A stretch of DNA of 64,000 nucleotides from Chrysomallon squamiferum (taxonomy: Eukaryota > Animalia > Mollusca), in the NCBI GenBank assembly GCA_012295275.1, contig CM022670.1, forward strand, positions 16,740,001-16,804,000, written 5' to 3'. The translations under genes and the position numbers were made by a program. A model generated the notes under the pieces. It saw only the letters and a list, made by a program, of their open reading frames with translations. It was not told where the DNA came from and made no database searches. Positions 14,678-28,085 of this stretch are shown one piece after another; positions within the stretch are counted from its first letter, which is position 1, and each line of letters starts with the position of its first letter.

Positions 14678-15701
14678 AATAATAATAATAATATAGTATT
14701 TGTGTATGTTATGGTTTAAATTTCACTCGCTAAAAGAGTTTTCACTTGCATCTAAACACGAAGGTAACGAGACAAGTGAGTGGGGGACTACCGGATACAT
14801 TCAAGTTAACACAACACATAAACTGTCATTGTCATACTTAACACATTCGTGAAAATTCGATTACGCATTGACAGTCGATTCCAGCTGAAGTAAATGGTTT
14901 TCGGTGTTTAACTGCCAGTATACATATATTGTCGTTACTTTTGAATAAAAACGCACATAGAAATCGCACCTGTATTTGCAATTTACATGTTGCAGAATAA
15001 CATAAATAAAAATGCTTTTAAGTACATAAGCAAGCCAAAACACGGTATGAACACCTGCACGGATAAATTGTATTATATCATTTTCTTTCTACTTAAAACC
15101 TTTTGTATACATAAACATTTTTATGTCGTTTAATATGAGGATGTGATCTAAAAATACAGAGTGAATGAATTGTTTATCTTGATGTATTACGTACGTGTGC
15201 ACGTGTATGCGGGTGTATAAGTATGTCGGTATGTACCTGTATTAGCACGTACGTATACATACATAGGTAACACACACGTGCATGTATATATATGTATAAT
15301 TGTTCAGACATATGTCTATGTGTTTGATTTTGTATATGTTTGTTCATATGCATTTGTGTATATGTATATGTATGCATTTGTCTGTATCTATGTATGCATA
15401 CATATTTGTATGTATTTATGTATGTGTATGTGCTTAAATCTTTAAATCTATGTATGTATGTATGTTTGTATGTGTGTACGTACGTACGCATGAATGTATG
15501 TTGGTGCTTCAGTGCATGTATGAAATCTAAACAAGTTATTGAATCATTTCAAAACCCTATCCACATAATAGTGAGATAAGTATTTCTGAATCATAGTCTT
15601 TATTAGGATAAGGAAAGACACACAGAATAAGAAAAAGAAGAAGAAAGATTAAACAGTAGAAGAAAAAGAGGTTGCGGAGTAAAATTATAATTATGATGAT
15701 G

Positions 15702-15751
<50 letters not shown>

Positions 15752-16019
15752 CAGAAGAAGAAGAAGAAGAAGAAGAAGAGAGAAAAAGAGGGAGAAGAAG
15801 AAAAAAGGTGATGATGATGAAGACAAAATACTACTACTACTAATAGTAAGTAGAAGAAGAGGAAGAAGAAGAAAAGACGAAGAAGGAATAGAAGGAAACA
15901 AAGGTGGAGGGTTGCAGAATGATGATGATGATAATGATGATGATAATTATGATATGATGATGATAATAATAATAATAATAATAACAACAACAACAACAAC
16001 AAAAAAAAAAAACAAGAAA

Positions 16020-16240
16020 AACCTTGTGCTATGTAGTTCATCGGTATTGTTATGAAAACATGTTGATATGCTAAGGTTGAAACAAACAAACAAACAACAA
16101 CACTAAAAACAAAAACAAAACAAAAACTGTTATTTTAATGCCATATCTAACTCGGTTGTATGCCCAACACGGCGTCCTCAAACCTGTTAGCGAACTTACA
16201 AGACATTACGTCATATCCACGAATCAAACTGTAATAATCA
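16020..16240 (+). repeat. Local direct duplication, copy 1 of 2 (~220 bp)
   Basis: GTGCTATGTAGTTCAT...GACATTACGTCATA..CACGAATCAAACTGTAATAATCA is repeated at 18340-18561, roughly 90% identical by eye; both copies follow a (GAT)n(AAT)n tract. Confidence 0.9.
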
Positions 16241-16885
16241 CTTGGTGGTCTAACCGCAACCGAAGCGTGAATATCATTACGTCATATGTTGTGACGAGTA
16301 CACAGAAATGTCATTGACTTGAAGCAGGTTGTACTGGACAAGAAACATGATGAGATGACTTCTTTATACGTGTCTCCGTGAGCAACGTTTTGCCGAAGGC
16401 GAGACCAACACGTGTTGTAGTATAAAAAAAAAAAAAAAAAAAAAAAAAAGTGATAGGCTGATTTTTTTATTAAAAATAAAATATAAAGTCAGATGATATT
16501 TAGTCGATATATATATATATATTCAGGGATTGTCCAAATTCAGCGAATAGTTGAAAGTACATCACTCATTTTCGTTTCCTTTTTTCTGTCTGATCACGTG
16601 ATGTTATTTATTTTTCTTTGTTTAATTTCCATATTGTTATCGTTCAGCCTACAATTTGGAGATTGTTTTGTCAAACTGACATTTTTATCACAAGCGACAA
16701 GAATGTTGCCGGAAATGCTGACAAAAAATAAAAATAAATCGGCTTTGATATTTAAAAAATAAGACTTACAGTTCTGATAACCCTTTTTGTTTGTACAAAA
16801 CAAGTACATTGTTTTGTTTGTTTCTTTTGTTTTTATCCTTTATTAAAAAATATTATGACACATCATACAACAGCAAAATAAAAAA

Positions 16886-16958
<73 letters not shown>

Positions 16959-17372
16959 GTAACACAAACTCGACAATTTTCGATAATGCACTGGTACACT
17001 GACACAGTTTCGCTTGAAAGGCGTGACGCGTTTAATGTCAGCCGACGAAACCGAGGGTGTACCAGTCTACTGTTAAATGATCGACGTCTGCGGTCACATC
17101 GCATTGTGAACAGTGTCTCAACAACAGCGACGGGGTGTTGTGAAATTTTCTATCTGACTGGCCTCACATGTGGACGCTTACGTTTTCAGCGACTGGGGTA
17201 GTCAAGGACAAGTCGTGATAAACGGTTTTCGAGTACGTTTAGGCTTGCACTGGGAAACCCGGCATGCTGAAAGATGAAGTAATTTATTTAAAAGTACCCG
17301 TGGATAGCGAGACAGTCAAATTGGGGTGCCATCGATTTCAAGATCCATTTCACTAAAAAAATTATTATTGTT

Positions 17373-17404
<32 letters not shown>

Positions 17405-17850
17405 TTTTTGATTTGTTTTGTTTAACAGAAGTAATCTGATTACAAACGTAGTATTCAAATATATTATGTAGGCCGTATTTATTTGAATGAAAGACCTTGA
17501 AAAATAAAGGTTTAATCGAACAGACCATAATCATAACGATATGTTTGGTGAACCTTTTATTTATTTATTTCTTATTATAATTATTATTTCTTCTTGTTCT
17601 TGTTCTTCTTCTTCTTCTTTAATTATTTAATTTACTTTTTTTTTCTTTTTTTTTTCTGTTTTTTTTTTAAATTTTTTTTTTTTTTATTCCTATTTTAACT
17701 TAGCAATTAAAAAATTCAACACCTTCTTAATAACAACAATTACTGGCGGGCTATGCTAACTTGAACTGATAATAATGTAAACTGATAATAAATACTGTGA
17801 GATTTTCTTTCAGCAATGACGTAATAAACAAACAAATAATTATCATAAAT

Positions 17851-17883
<33 letters not shown>

Positions 17884-17999
17884 CGTAATCACTGTTTTAG
17901 ACATATTGTGTCGTAAGTTTACGTGATGTTACATTATTTAAAGGGATGTTTATGTCTTTGTATGTGTATGGGTGTGGGTTTATGTATGTGTGTGTGTGT

Positions 18000-18109
<110 letters not shown>

Positions 18110-18174
18110 ACAATGTAATGTAAGTTATCCAAGAGACTCGTGTTTTCTCTTCTAATTATTACATAATATAAAAC

Positions 18175-18212
<38 letters not shown>

Positions 18213-18261
18213 CTGAATATAATATACACATACATACATACGTATGGTGATGATGATGATG

Positions 18262-18329
<68 letters not shown>

Positions 18330-18339
18330 AAAGAAGAAA

Positions 18340-18561
18340 AACCGTGTGCTATGTAGTTCATTGGTATTGCTATGAAAACATGTTGATATGCTAAGGTTAA
18401 AAAAACAAACAAAAACAACAACAGTAATAACAAAAACAAAATTAAAAACTGTTATTTTAATGACATATCTAATTCAGTTGTATGTTCAACACGCGTCCTC
18501 AAACCTGTTAGTAAACTTACAAGACATTACGTCATACCCACGAATCAAACTGTAATAATCA
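18340..18561 (+). repeat. Local direct duplication, copy 2 of 2
   Basis: Matches 16020-16240. Confidence 0.9.
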
Positions 18562-18573
18562 ACTTGAAGCAAT

Positions 18574-18604
<31 letters not shown>

Positions 18605-18854
18605 CAATAAATTATTATTAACTGAAAAATAATTAAATGAATCTGCACCTATTTTATTTATTTATTTAAGAGTAGATGTTTACGTATTTGCCAGTGTTGT
18701 GTGTCATAAGAGAATTATGTGATAACAGTGTGTTACACGGTGATTCATTACACAGACCACACGACAAGGTTGTCTACTAGGCTTTTAGATAAATTACCTA
18801 TGATTATCCCTGGCGCCAAGCAGGCTGCAACTGCATGCGCGTCTATACATACAT

Positions 18855-18891
<37 letters not shown>

Positions 18892-20419
18892 TACATACAC
18901 ACACACACACACATACATACATACACACATACACACATACATACATACATACATACATATATAATTATACCTATATATCTGCATATTTATATCAATGTGT
19001 GTGTGTGTGTGTGTGTGTTAATAAATAACTAAAGCATTAGCATGTATCATACACTTACATATTCAGAGAGATAGAGAGAGAGAGAGAGGGGGAGAGAGAG
19101 GGGGAGAGGGGGAGGGAAGGAGGAGAAAGAAACTCGTGCTTTTTCTTCTAATTATTATACATATATGTAATTAACTGCAACACCAGTGACAGGACTCTGT
19201 CTAACATTTCTTTTGGGGAAAACTTGTGAAAATGCCTTATCAAATAGAAGCAAAGTTGCATTAAAAATATAATAATTCGTTGTTTGGTTTTTTAGATATT
19301 GTATTCCATGTCAGAATATGCATCAGTTAATTTCTGTTAAAACTGACTCATCTAAAACAAAACTGAGTAAACTGTTTATAATTATAAACGGGTGAACGGG
19401 ATTGTACTTTGTAAAGGTCAAAAGAAAAAGAGCAATAGCAAATTCGTCTAAAGTTACTCTAAGTAATTACAGGTTATTTATCGCTGGCTCGTAGTCATTC
19501 TCTGTCGTTATTTCATGCTAGTATAATTGTTACTGGGTATATGTATGCATGTCGTTATGTATGTATGTACTTACGTACGTATATATGTGTGTTTATAAAT
19601 AAGTATATATGTGTATGTATATATATATGCGCTGTAGGTATGTGTGTGTGTGTGTATGCATGTTTGCAAGTATTCATGTATGTATGTATGCATTTACTGT
19701 TTATGTGTTTGTATGCTTATGTCAAGGTGAATGTATATTGTGTGTAAACATGTATCAAGGTTTACGTGTATGTGACATACATAGTTGTGAATAATGACTT
19801 GGTGTAGGTAAGTCACGTGATAGGTGACAGCGGACATCTTACACGATAAATACACATCTTGTCAACTTGTGTCTTGTTACCAGGTTACGTACTCTGTCAG
19901 AAAGATCGTCCTTCTTAGTTATTTAACTTCTCAGTATTACAGTCACTTAGTACTAGTGAAATACATAGTACACATTTTCTCCAGTTTTCGTATTACACAC
20001 AGGCACATAAAACGTAGAAAGACTTTTGTGACTCATTATAAACTATATATATTTTAAAATAAAGACACTGTTGTTTCTGCCACTTTAAACTTAATTTTAT
20101 TTTATTTTAATTATGCGTGTGTTTGTGTGTATGTGTGTATAAATATGTATGTGAGTGCATGCATGTACGCATATTTATTATTGTTGTTATTGTTACTGTT
20201 GTTAGTTGTTGTTGTTATTATTATTATTATTATTATATTTTTTTTTTCCAATTTAATACTTGCCGTCATTATCTTATTTTATTTCTATCATCATCGTGCG
20301 AAATAGTGAGTGATTTAAGAAATGGAGTAGCTGTACTAAAAATAAATCATATTTACAAAAACACTGGCAGTACAAATTCTGTGACGTGTTATATAATAAT
20401 GTTTAACTCTTTGACATCC

Positions 20420-20450
<31 letters not shown>

Positions 20451-20945
20451 AAAAAAATAAATCACAGACAAATATTTCGAAGGTGGCCAGAATTCGTGAA
20501 GAAGAGGAAATCACATCCATCACTGGTGTGGTTTTTGCCTGGAATGCAGTGGACAGTGAGCGTGCACTCACAGACCAGTTGGAGCGAGACTTCTCAATGA
20601 ATGGCAGACGGCAGACTGTAACCGCGCGCCAGTGCTAATCTCGTGGGATGGCATTTCTGTTTGTGTCCGCTGAATGGAGACAAACAGTAATACGGTCACA
20701 TGCTGTGGCAAGTTTACCTTCAGCACCATTAGAACTCCGTGGCTTATTGTGTTCAAATCAAACAAGGGGGCAGAACGGCTATTAGGAGAAAATGATTTAT
20801 TTTCCAGTCACTATTAAAGTAAAGTAAACAAAACTAAGAAACAAGACTCCCAATATTTAAATAGGTAAATAAATAAATAAAATATCAATAATATGAATAA
20901 TAAAAATAACAATATGAATAATAACGATAATAATAATAATAATAG

Positions 20946-21043
<98 letters not shown>

Positions 21044-21879
21044 GAGTGTTTAAAAACAGGAATGCCAGGGAATCCTTTTCAAATAAGATTCAAATTTGGA
21101 TCCATTTTTATTTTTTCTTCTAAAGCTGGCTGATGACGTGTGGGTCTGTATAAAAACAGTATGAAAGTATTTCTCATTGCTTTTACATCTGACAGGTGTC
21201 AGTGACGTCATCAGCGTATTCCTTCACTGAAACTGCAGTATTTAAATTTTAAACAAATCATGAAGACATATTTTGAGAAAAAAAACCCCAAAGCAAGTTT
21301 AGTAAATAACTACTCCACTCTCTTTGACTTTGTTTACCTGACATAAAGCAATAAACCGAGATTAAGATAGACGGTAAAAGTGATTATGGATATATCACAC
21401 AGGCCAATATACGTTCACAGATTTTATAGGTTTATTTTATCGCTCAATTCACTCAAGTGTCTTGATTTATCATATACTGTTGTTGTTTGGTATTAAGTTC
21501 AATAAAATCTAAGATATATATTGACAAAACAGAGCTTCGCGAATTTCGGCGACTGAATTATATACTCACCGGTTTTTATTAATGAAGTTGTAAAAAAAAT
21601 AAATGTCGGTAGTTACAACGAATAAAGCATTACTTAAGTTTAATAAACCCGTTTGAATTTTTCTCTTACCGATCACTGGGTAAACAGAAATAAAAGAGGA
21701 ATTTTTAATATCTATCTATACACATATACATACACTCACAGATACACACTGAAACAAACATACACGTTCTACATATATATATATATATATATATACATAT
21801 AAAAAAATTACATAAGATAAACAGTAAAGAAGCGTCTAATGTAATAATGGTAATAAAATGCAAGCAAAGTGTTTGATAT

Positions 21880-22135
21880 GATTAAGAGATGATAATGATG
21901 TTGATGAGTTCGTAATGGTGGTAGTGTGTTGTTGATAGTTTTGAGATGGTGGTAATTAGATGATAGTTGATGGTTATGAGATGATGATATGTTGATGTTA
22001 TTAGATGATAATAGTGTTGATGGTTATGAGATGATAATATGTTGATGATTATGAGATGATAATAATATGTAGATGATATAAGATGATAATAATATTGATG
22101 ACAATACTATGTTGATAGTTATGAGATGGTGTTGA
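21880..22135. repeat. Degenerate ~25-bp tandem repeat
   Basis: GATGATAATATGTTGATGGTTATGA-like units recur. Confidence 0.65.
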
Positions 22136-22410
22136 TTTTATGATTACTTTGTTAACAGTAACAACCATTAGATAGTGATGATGATGACAGTATAAAATAG
22201 TAATTAAATTTAGAGTGGTAACTGGTAAATTTTATAAAAGCATTTCTTTATCCAATCTGCGATAAAGCCTTTCACCATTTTGAAGTTAGTGTCCGTAAAT
22301 AATGCATAGCTATTCCAGTTTCAATAATCTGGCATGTATGTTTTGTAATATATAGAATAAAATAAAATAAAATAAAATAAAATAAAATAAAATAAAATAA
22401 AATAAATAAA

Positions 22411-22442
<32 letters not shown>

Positions 22443-23719
22443 AAAAAATAATAAAAAAATCTTTACAGAAGTCTAATATTTTCAATTTTCATATTACCAT
22501 TCATAACTGACATGAGATACGGCCCGGTGTGCGTATGTTCGTATCCCAGCATGCTGCGTAACCAGGCAGTAGACCTTTCTAACTGTGAACTTGCTGACGT
22601 ATTTAAAAACATTCAATGATTTTTGTTATAACAGATTTTAACACTTGACTGCAAATAGCTAAGAAATATGAGATTTAAAAAAAACTGTTAGCAGCTTGTC
22701 TGAAATGGTTTAAATTTAACATTATGAGTTAAGTAGTAAAATATATCTATTATTATTATTGTTATGTTTATAAGAACACATTCACGGATACACCGTGTCG
22801 ACTGTATTTAATTATGATGTATGTATGTATGTATGTATGTATGTATGTGTGTATGTTTGTATGTGTCTGTATGTATATGTGTGTATATATATTTGTTTGT
22901 ATATGCATATGTGTGTAGGTATTTGTGTTTGCATATGTGTATACGTGTGTGTGTGTGTGTGTATGCTTGTGTTGTTTGTATGTATGTATGTGCGTTTATA
23001 ACATAAAATGAAACAGCTTTCTTTAAAATTATTATTCATTCCAATGTTTCAGTGTATTTGCAGGTAAACATTACGTGTATGTAAGTGTAAAAATACTGAG
23101 AAAAAAAATTGTTTAAAAATACGTAAAAAAACCTGAAATAAATAAAATAAAGTATACGTATATATATATATATACACACAGACACACAAACGTAAAAAAA
23201 AAAAAAAAAAAAAAAAAAAATAAATAATAAAATAAAAGTATACGTACACACACACACACACACACACAAAAACACTGGTTGATTAAGGCCGCCAAAGCCA
23301 GTTACGAAATTGCTTTAGACGTTTCTTTCAGCTTTGTCTGTAGGCATTTACGTTAGATGTGCAATAATTACGCGGCGTGAAACGGCGGTAATCGTCGACT
23401 ATTGAGAAGTGTCAGTTACTGTGGGAAAGCGACGCCGCGCGCTAGCTTGGAGTGGGCAGACCCTGGGTAAACAAGTCCCAGGGCTGTAGGCCGCTAATCT
23501 CCGCCATTATTCACCTGTTGTTCTAAGCCCCGCCTTTGGAGCCAGCGATTCGGCAGCGCACCTGGGCTGTCTGGCCGGCGATCGTAAAGTCGGCCTGTAT
23601 CTCATCTTATCTTCAGGTGGGCAATAAATCTATGACCTGTCGCTTCTTTGATCCTCATACAACTGCCAGGTGCAAATTCCTATAAACACAGTTTGATGAG
23701 GTACTGAACTTACTAAAGG

Positions 23720-23760
<41 letters not shown>

Positions 23761-24734
23761 AAATGCCTTCAGGGAAAGAAATTGAGGAAAAATAAAAACA
23801 TGTGATGTAAATGAGTACGTCATTCAGATTAGGAAGTAAAATATTTACATTTTTCTTTTTACGTTTTCATAATGATGTGTTTAGATTAGGTGGGGTTTTT
23901 GTATACTCATCCGAAACGATTTACTATTACTACTACCACTAAAAATAATAATAATTATTATTGTTATTGTTGTTGTTGTAATTGCTGTTGTTGTTATTCT
24001 TCTTCTTACTATCACCACTACAACACTACAACAACAACAACAACTACTACTACTGCTACTATGATATCAACTACAACAGCTACTACTACTGTTACTGCTA
24101 CTACTATCACTACTACTAGACTACTACTGCTAGTGTTTTTATACTATTATTCACTACCATTACCACCACCACCACGACCATAACTACTATTTCTACAACT
24201 TCCACTTCTAGAACAACAGCAACAATTACTATTACTAATGTTATTAATGTTATTATTATTAAAAGTGTTTTTATAATGGTAAAGTATCTGGATTTTTTAT
24301 TTTATAACTTTTCAGTTATTTTGTTTTGAATTAATAAGCCGATAAAACTCATTAGTTAACTTAAATATTAACATGTATACTGAGAATGATCAACACTTTA
24401 ATCAGTTATCAATTATTATTTACCATTTATTATTTATTATTTATTTACCATTTATTATTTAATATTTATCATTTAACATTTATCCACCAATAAAATTCAG
24501 TATTTTAATTTTTTACAAGGCTGAAGATAATTAATAAACATTATTTTACAAGACTTTTAGACAATTGTTTGGAAACTGAACTGATTTAGGTTTTGTAAAG
24601 CAGTTAGTTAGTTTTTAACTGTAATGGTGGAGTAAGAAAAACATCAGCAGAAATAAACAGAAACGATTGGGAAACTTATCCCTGAAGATAATTTGTTTTA
24701 GATAGGCCAATGGAAATATTAAATTTTTGAGTTG

Positions 24735-25090
24735 TAGATGAATATACATTTTAACTGCAGATTTGTTAATATTTCTACATGAACATACATTTTAACTGCA
24801 GAGTTAATTAAGGTTTTTAGATGAGATTTGAACATGAACATACATTTTAACTGCAGAGTTAATTAAGGTTTTTAGATGAATATACATTTTAGCTGTTTAG
24901 TTAATTAAGATTTCTAGAAAAATCCATTTTTTTTTTAACAGTAACAGAATATACATTTTAACTACTGAGTTAATTAAGATTTGTAGACGAATATAGATTT
25001 TAACTGTTTAGTTAATTAAGATTTCCAGATGAATGCATTTTGTTTAACAGTTTTAACTACAAGAGTTAATTAAGATTTCTAAATGAATAT
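24735..25090. repeat. Minisatellite, unit ~42 bp
   Basis: GATGAATATACATTTTAACTGCAGAGTTAATTAAG(A/G)TTT recurs. Confidence 0.8.
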
Positions 25091-25189
25091 TATATGAGGA
25101 GTCATTCAGAAGCTGGTGGGGATACATGATTTGTCATGCAGGAACTTGTATTCAGTGAAGGATATATTATATTAACAAGAAGAACCAAT

Positions 25190-25237
<48 letters not shown>

Positions 25238-25984
25238 CTCAATTAAAAAAGTATTAGACAGTGTCACTTGTTTGATAAATAATATCGAAATGTTGATGTT
25301 ACATGACGTTAACATTTTTTGAACTGTGAAACTAAAATGACTAGAATGATTGTCTAGATGTTTCTCTGAATGCAATTTAGGGGAAAACTATCAGAACATT
25401 ATAACTAACTAACAAAAACTCTGAAAACGATTCTGTGAAACAGCTAGATTTTCTCCTTCTGCCGTCGTTTTAGATCACTGACCAAACACAGCTGTGTTGT
25501 TAACGCCGTGTGCCACCACGTTGTTCCCTCACCTAGACAACGTCCTGCGATGTATTTTTTTTTCTAAACCAGAGGAGATAATCTAAATTGACTGGAAGTC
25601 TCTGTGTTTCTAGCTGTAGATGCAGATGTTTTAATTAGCTTGCGGTTTTATTCTCTCTGAGAGAACAGTTAAAAATTAAAGAAAATATGTTGTGTACACT
25701 ATGCCATAAATAAACTTCCTGCTCTTGCATTCACTGAAATTAAAATATAATAATAATTCGTGTAACTCTAACATTGATCAGTAATATTGTTTCAAAATTA
25801 TTATTTTATTCTTAAACAGCATTTCCTAATGAAAGTGTATATATTAATATAACTACACAACTTTTATTAAAAATGTTAACCATATTTCTGGACTGAATTC
25901 TTTAATATATTGTGTTAACAAAACTACGTGATAAAAAGCAGTGTATCACTCCTCAAATTTAACATTTTTATATATCTCATCACA

Positions 25985-26370
25985 TTTAATAGTGGCATGG
26001 TCTAATTTCTACCATTTTATAATGGCAGTTTCAAATTTTTTACCATTTCACAGTGGCAATGTCTGATTTTTACCATTTCACAGTGGCAATGTCTGATTTT
26101 TACCATTTCATAATAGCAATATCTAATGTTTACAATTTCATAATGGCAATGTCTAATGTTTACTATTTCATAATGGCAAAGTCTAATGTTTACTATTTCA
26201 TAATGGCAATGTCTAATGTTTTCTATTTCATAATGGCAATGTCTAATGTTTACTATTTCATAATGGCAGTGTTTAATTTTACTATTTCTTAATGGCAGTG
26301 TTTACATTTTAACATTTCATAGTGGCAGTGTTTACATTTTAACATTTCATAGTGGCAGTGTGTGATTTTT
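25985..26370. repeat. 30-bp minisatellite, about 12 copies
   Basis: The unit is TACTATTTCATAATGGCAATGTCTAATGTT; it produces the repetitive ORF 26053-26292. Confidence 0.9.
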
Positions 26371-26948
26371 ATCAAATCTTCGCGATGTGGCTGTTTATCC
26401 TTTATCAAATATTAATGTATTGATGGACGGGGGAAGATAACGGTCTTTTTTTCTTCAGGCAAGAAAATTCACGAAGTGGTTACGTCAGCGACGATATTCA
26501 CTCTCTCTCTCTGCATACAACCCGTGTGACAGAGATTGCTATCAGTGTTTGGTGTTTTATACCGGAGACTAATTTATCTGTTGAATTAAACCGCGGCGGA
26601 GAAGAGAAGGGCAACAAATGGTGGTCACTGTTCACTGAAATCCACATCAGTATCTGATAGCGATATACGACTGATACACTGCGTATCAGATTGCAGACGG
26701 TAACCAGATAATAGTGACACAATATGACAAACGGAGATCTCATATTTTATTATGTAACCATGTGCGTTCACGTATAAGCACACTGTTGTGTAACATGACT
26801 TAGCTACTTTTGCACTGTTTTCGATACGGTTCTGTTTAAATTTAAAAATTATAAATAAATGTTTTTGTGTGATCACTGAAATTCGCTTTTATCATCACAA
26901 AGATTATTTTCAGTATTATTCCGTTGTTTTACCGTTATATGTGTGTGG

Positions 26949-27000
<52 letters not shown>

Positions 27001-27187
27001 ACGTCACCAATAATATAATGTGACTTTCCTGGTCGAATTTTAAAATGATTTAAAGGCAGGGCTTTTTTTTTACAATTAATAATACATTATTCTTATGCAG
27101 AACAACATAAAATCTTATGATTTTACTCAGATATGTAAATTTTGTTTTATCTTGAGTCAGATGCAATTTCATACACAAACGCACTTT

Positions 27188-27241
<54 letters not shown>

Positions 27242-28069
27242 TAATCTCGGACCTTAGTTTCTGTGGTGAAAATAAGCGTTCACTGTTACAATTACACACC
27301 TGTGGTCCAGACGATGGTAATTACCAAACAAACTTTAAGCTGTGTTCATTAAATAGAAGTTAATTAATTTTACAGACCGGTATTACACACTGAACAACTA
27401 GGTTCTTTATTAGTTTAATTGTCACGATACCAGGGTTTAATTACAAAGTAGGTTTGTCAGGCAAACATAATTACAAATACAGGTTCATTCGTGAAGTGAG
27501 TGTAAGAAAAAAAAAACCTATAAATTTATCAAACATGTCTTAGATAGAAGAGGAACGTTTAAAAACAAGAAATCATAATAAAATAAAATAAAATAAAATA
27601 AAATAAAACAAAATAAATAAAAACGAATAAATAAATAAACAAAATAAACAAAATAAAATAATTCTTTAATTAAATAAGTAACTACAGTAATAATAACGAT
27701 GACGATGACGATAATAATAACATTTCTCCCCATCCAGTAAAACCCACCACCCCACAATAGAACAGATCGTGATGTAAGTTAATAAAGACACAAACATATC
27801 CAGGTAAAAAAAAAAATAAAAAAAAAAAAAAAAAAAAAATATGCTCTATACTTTTTCTTCTCACATCAACGAGCGAAATAAACACATTTTACATTTACAA
27901 TTTTTTTTTTTTTTTTTTTAACCTCACTGGGGGTTAATCCTAAAGTGCAAGCTGAACTGTGAAGAAAAAACGAAAGCTAGAAATAAAAGACACTTATGAT
28001 AATAATGCTACAAGCCTACAGCTGTGTAATATATTAAGAGAACTTGCGGCTCGGAGGTAAGCCGGTCGT

Positions 28070-28085
28070 AGACTGAGCGGCGCCA
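28070..28085 (-). promoter_or_regulatory. BMP-response element (Smad1/5-Smad4 composite), TGGCGCC-N5-GTCT
   Basis: The + strand reads AGAC TGAGC GGCGCC A, i.e. TGGCGCC GCTCA GTCT on the minus strand, with an exact 5-bp spacer. It lies 4.2 kb upstream of an Id gene. Confidence 0.65.

Noticed and set aside
26053-26292. ORF with MAMSNVYYFI repeats
   Set aside because: It is a translation of the 30-bp minisatellite, with a GTG start and no gene context.
27280-27490. Cluster of TAATTA/AATTAC homeodomain-like sites
   Set aside because: Such motifs are expected frequently in ~70% AT DNA and cannot be distinguished from a decayed repeat.
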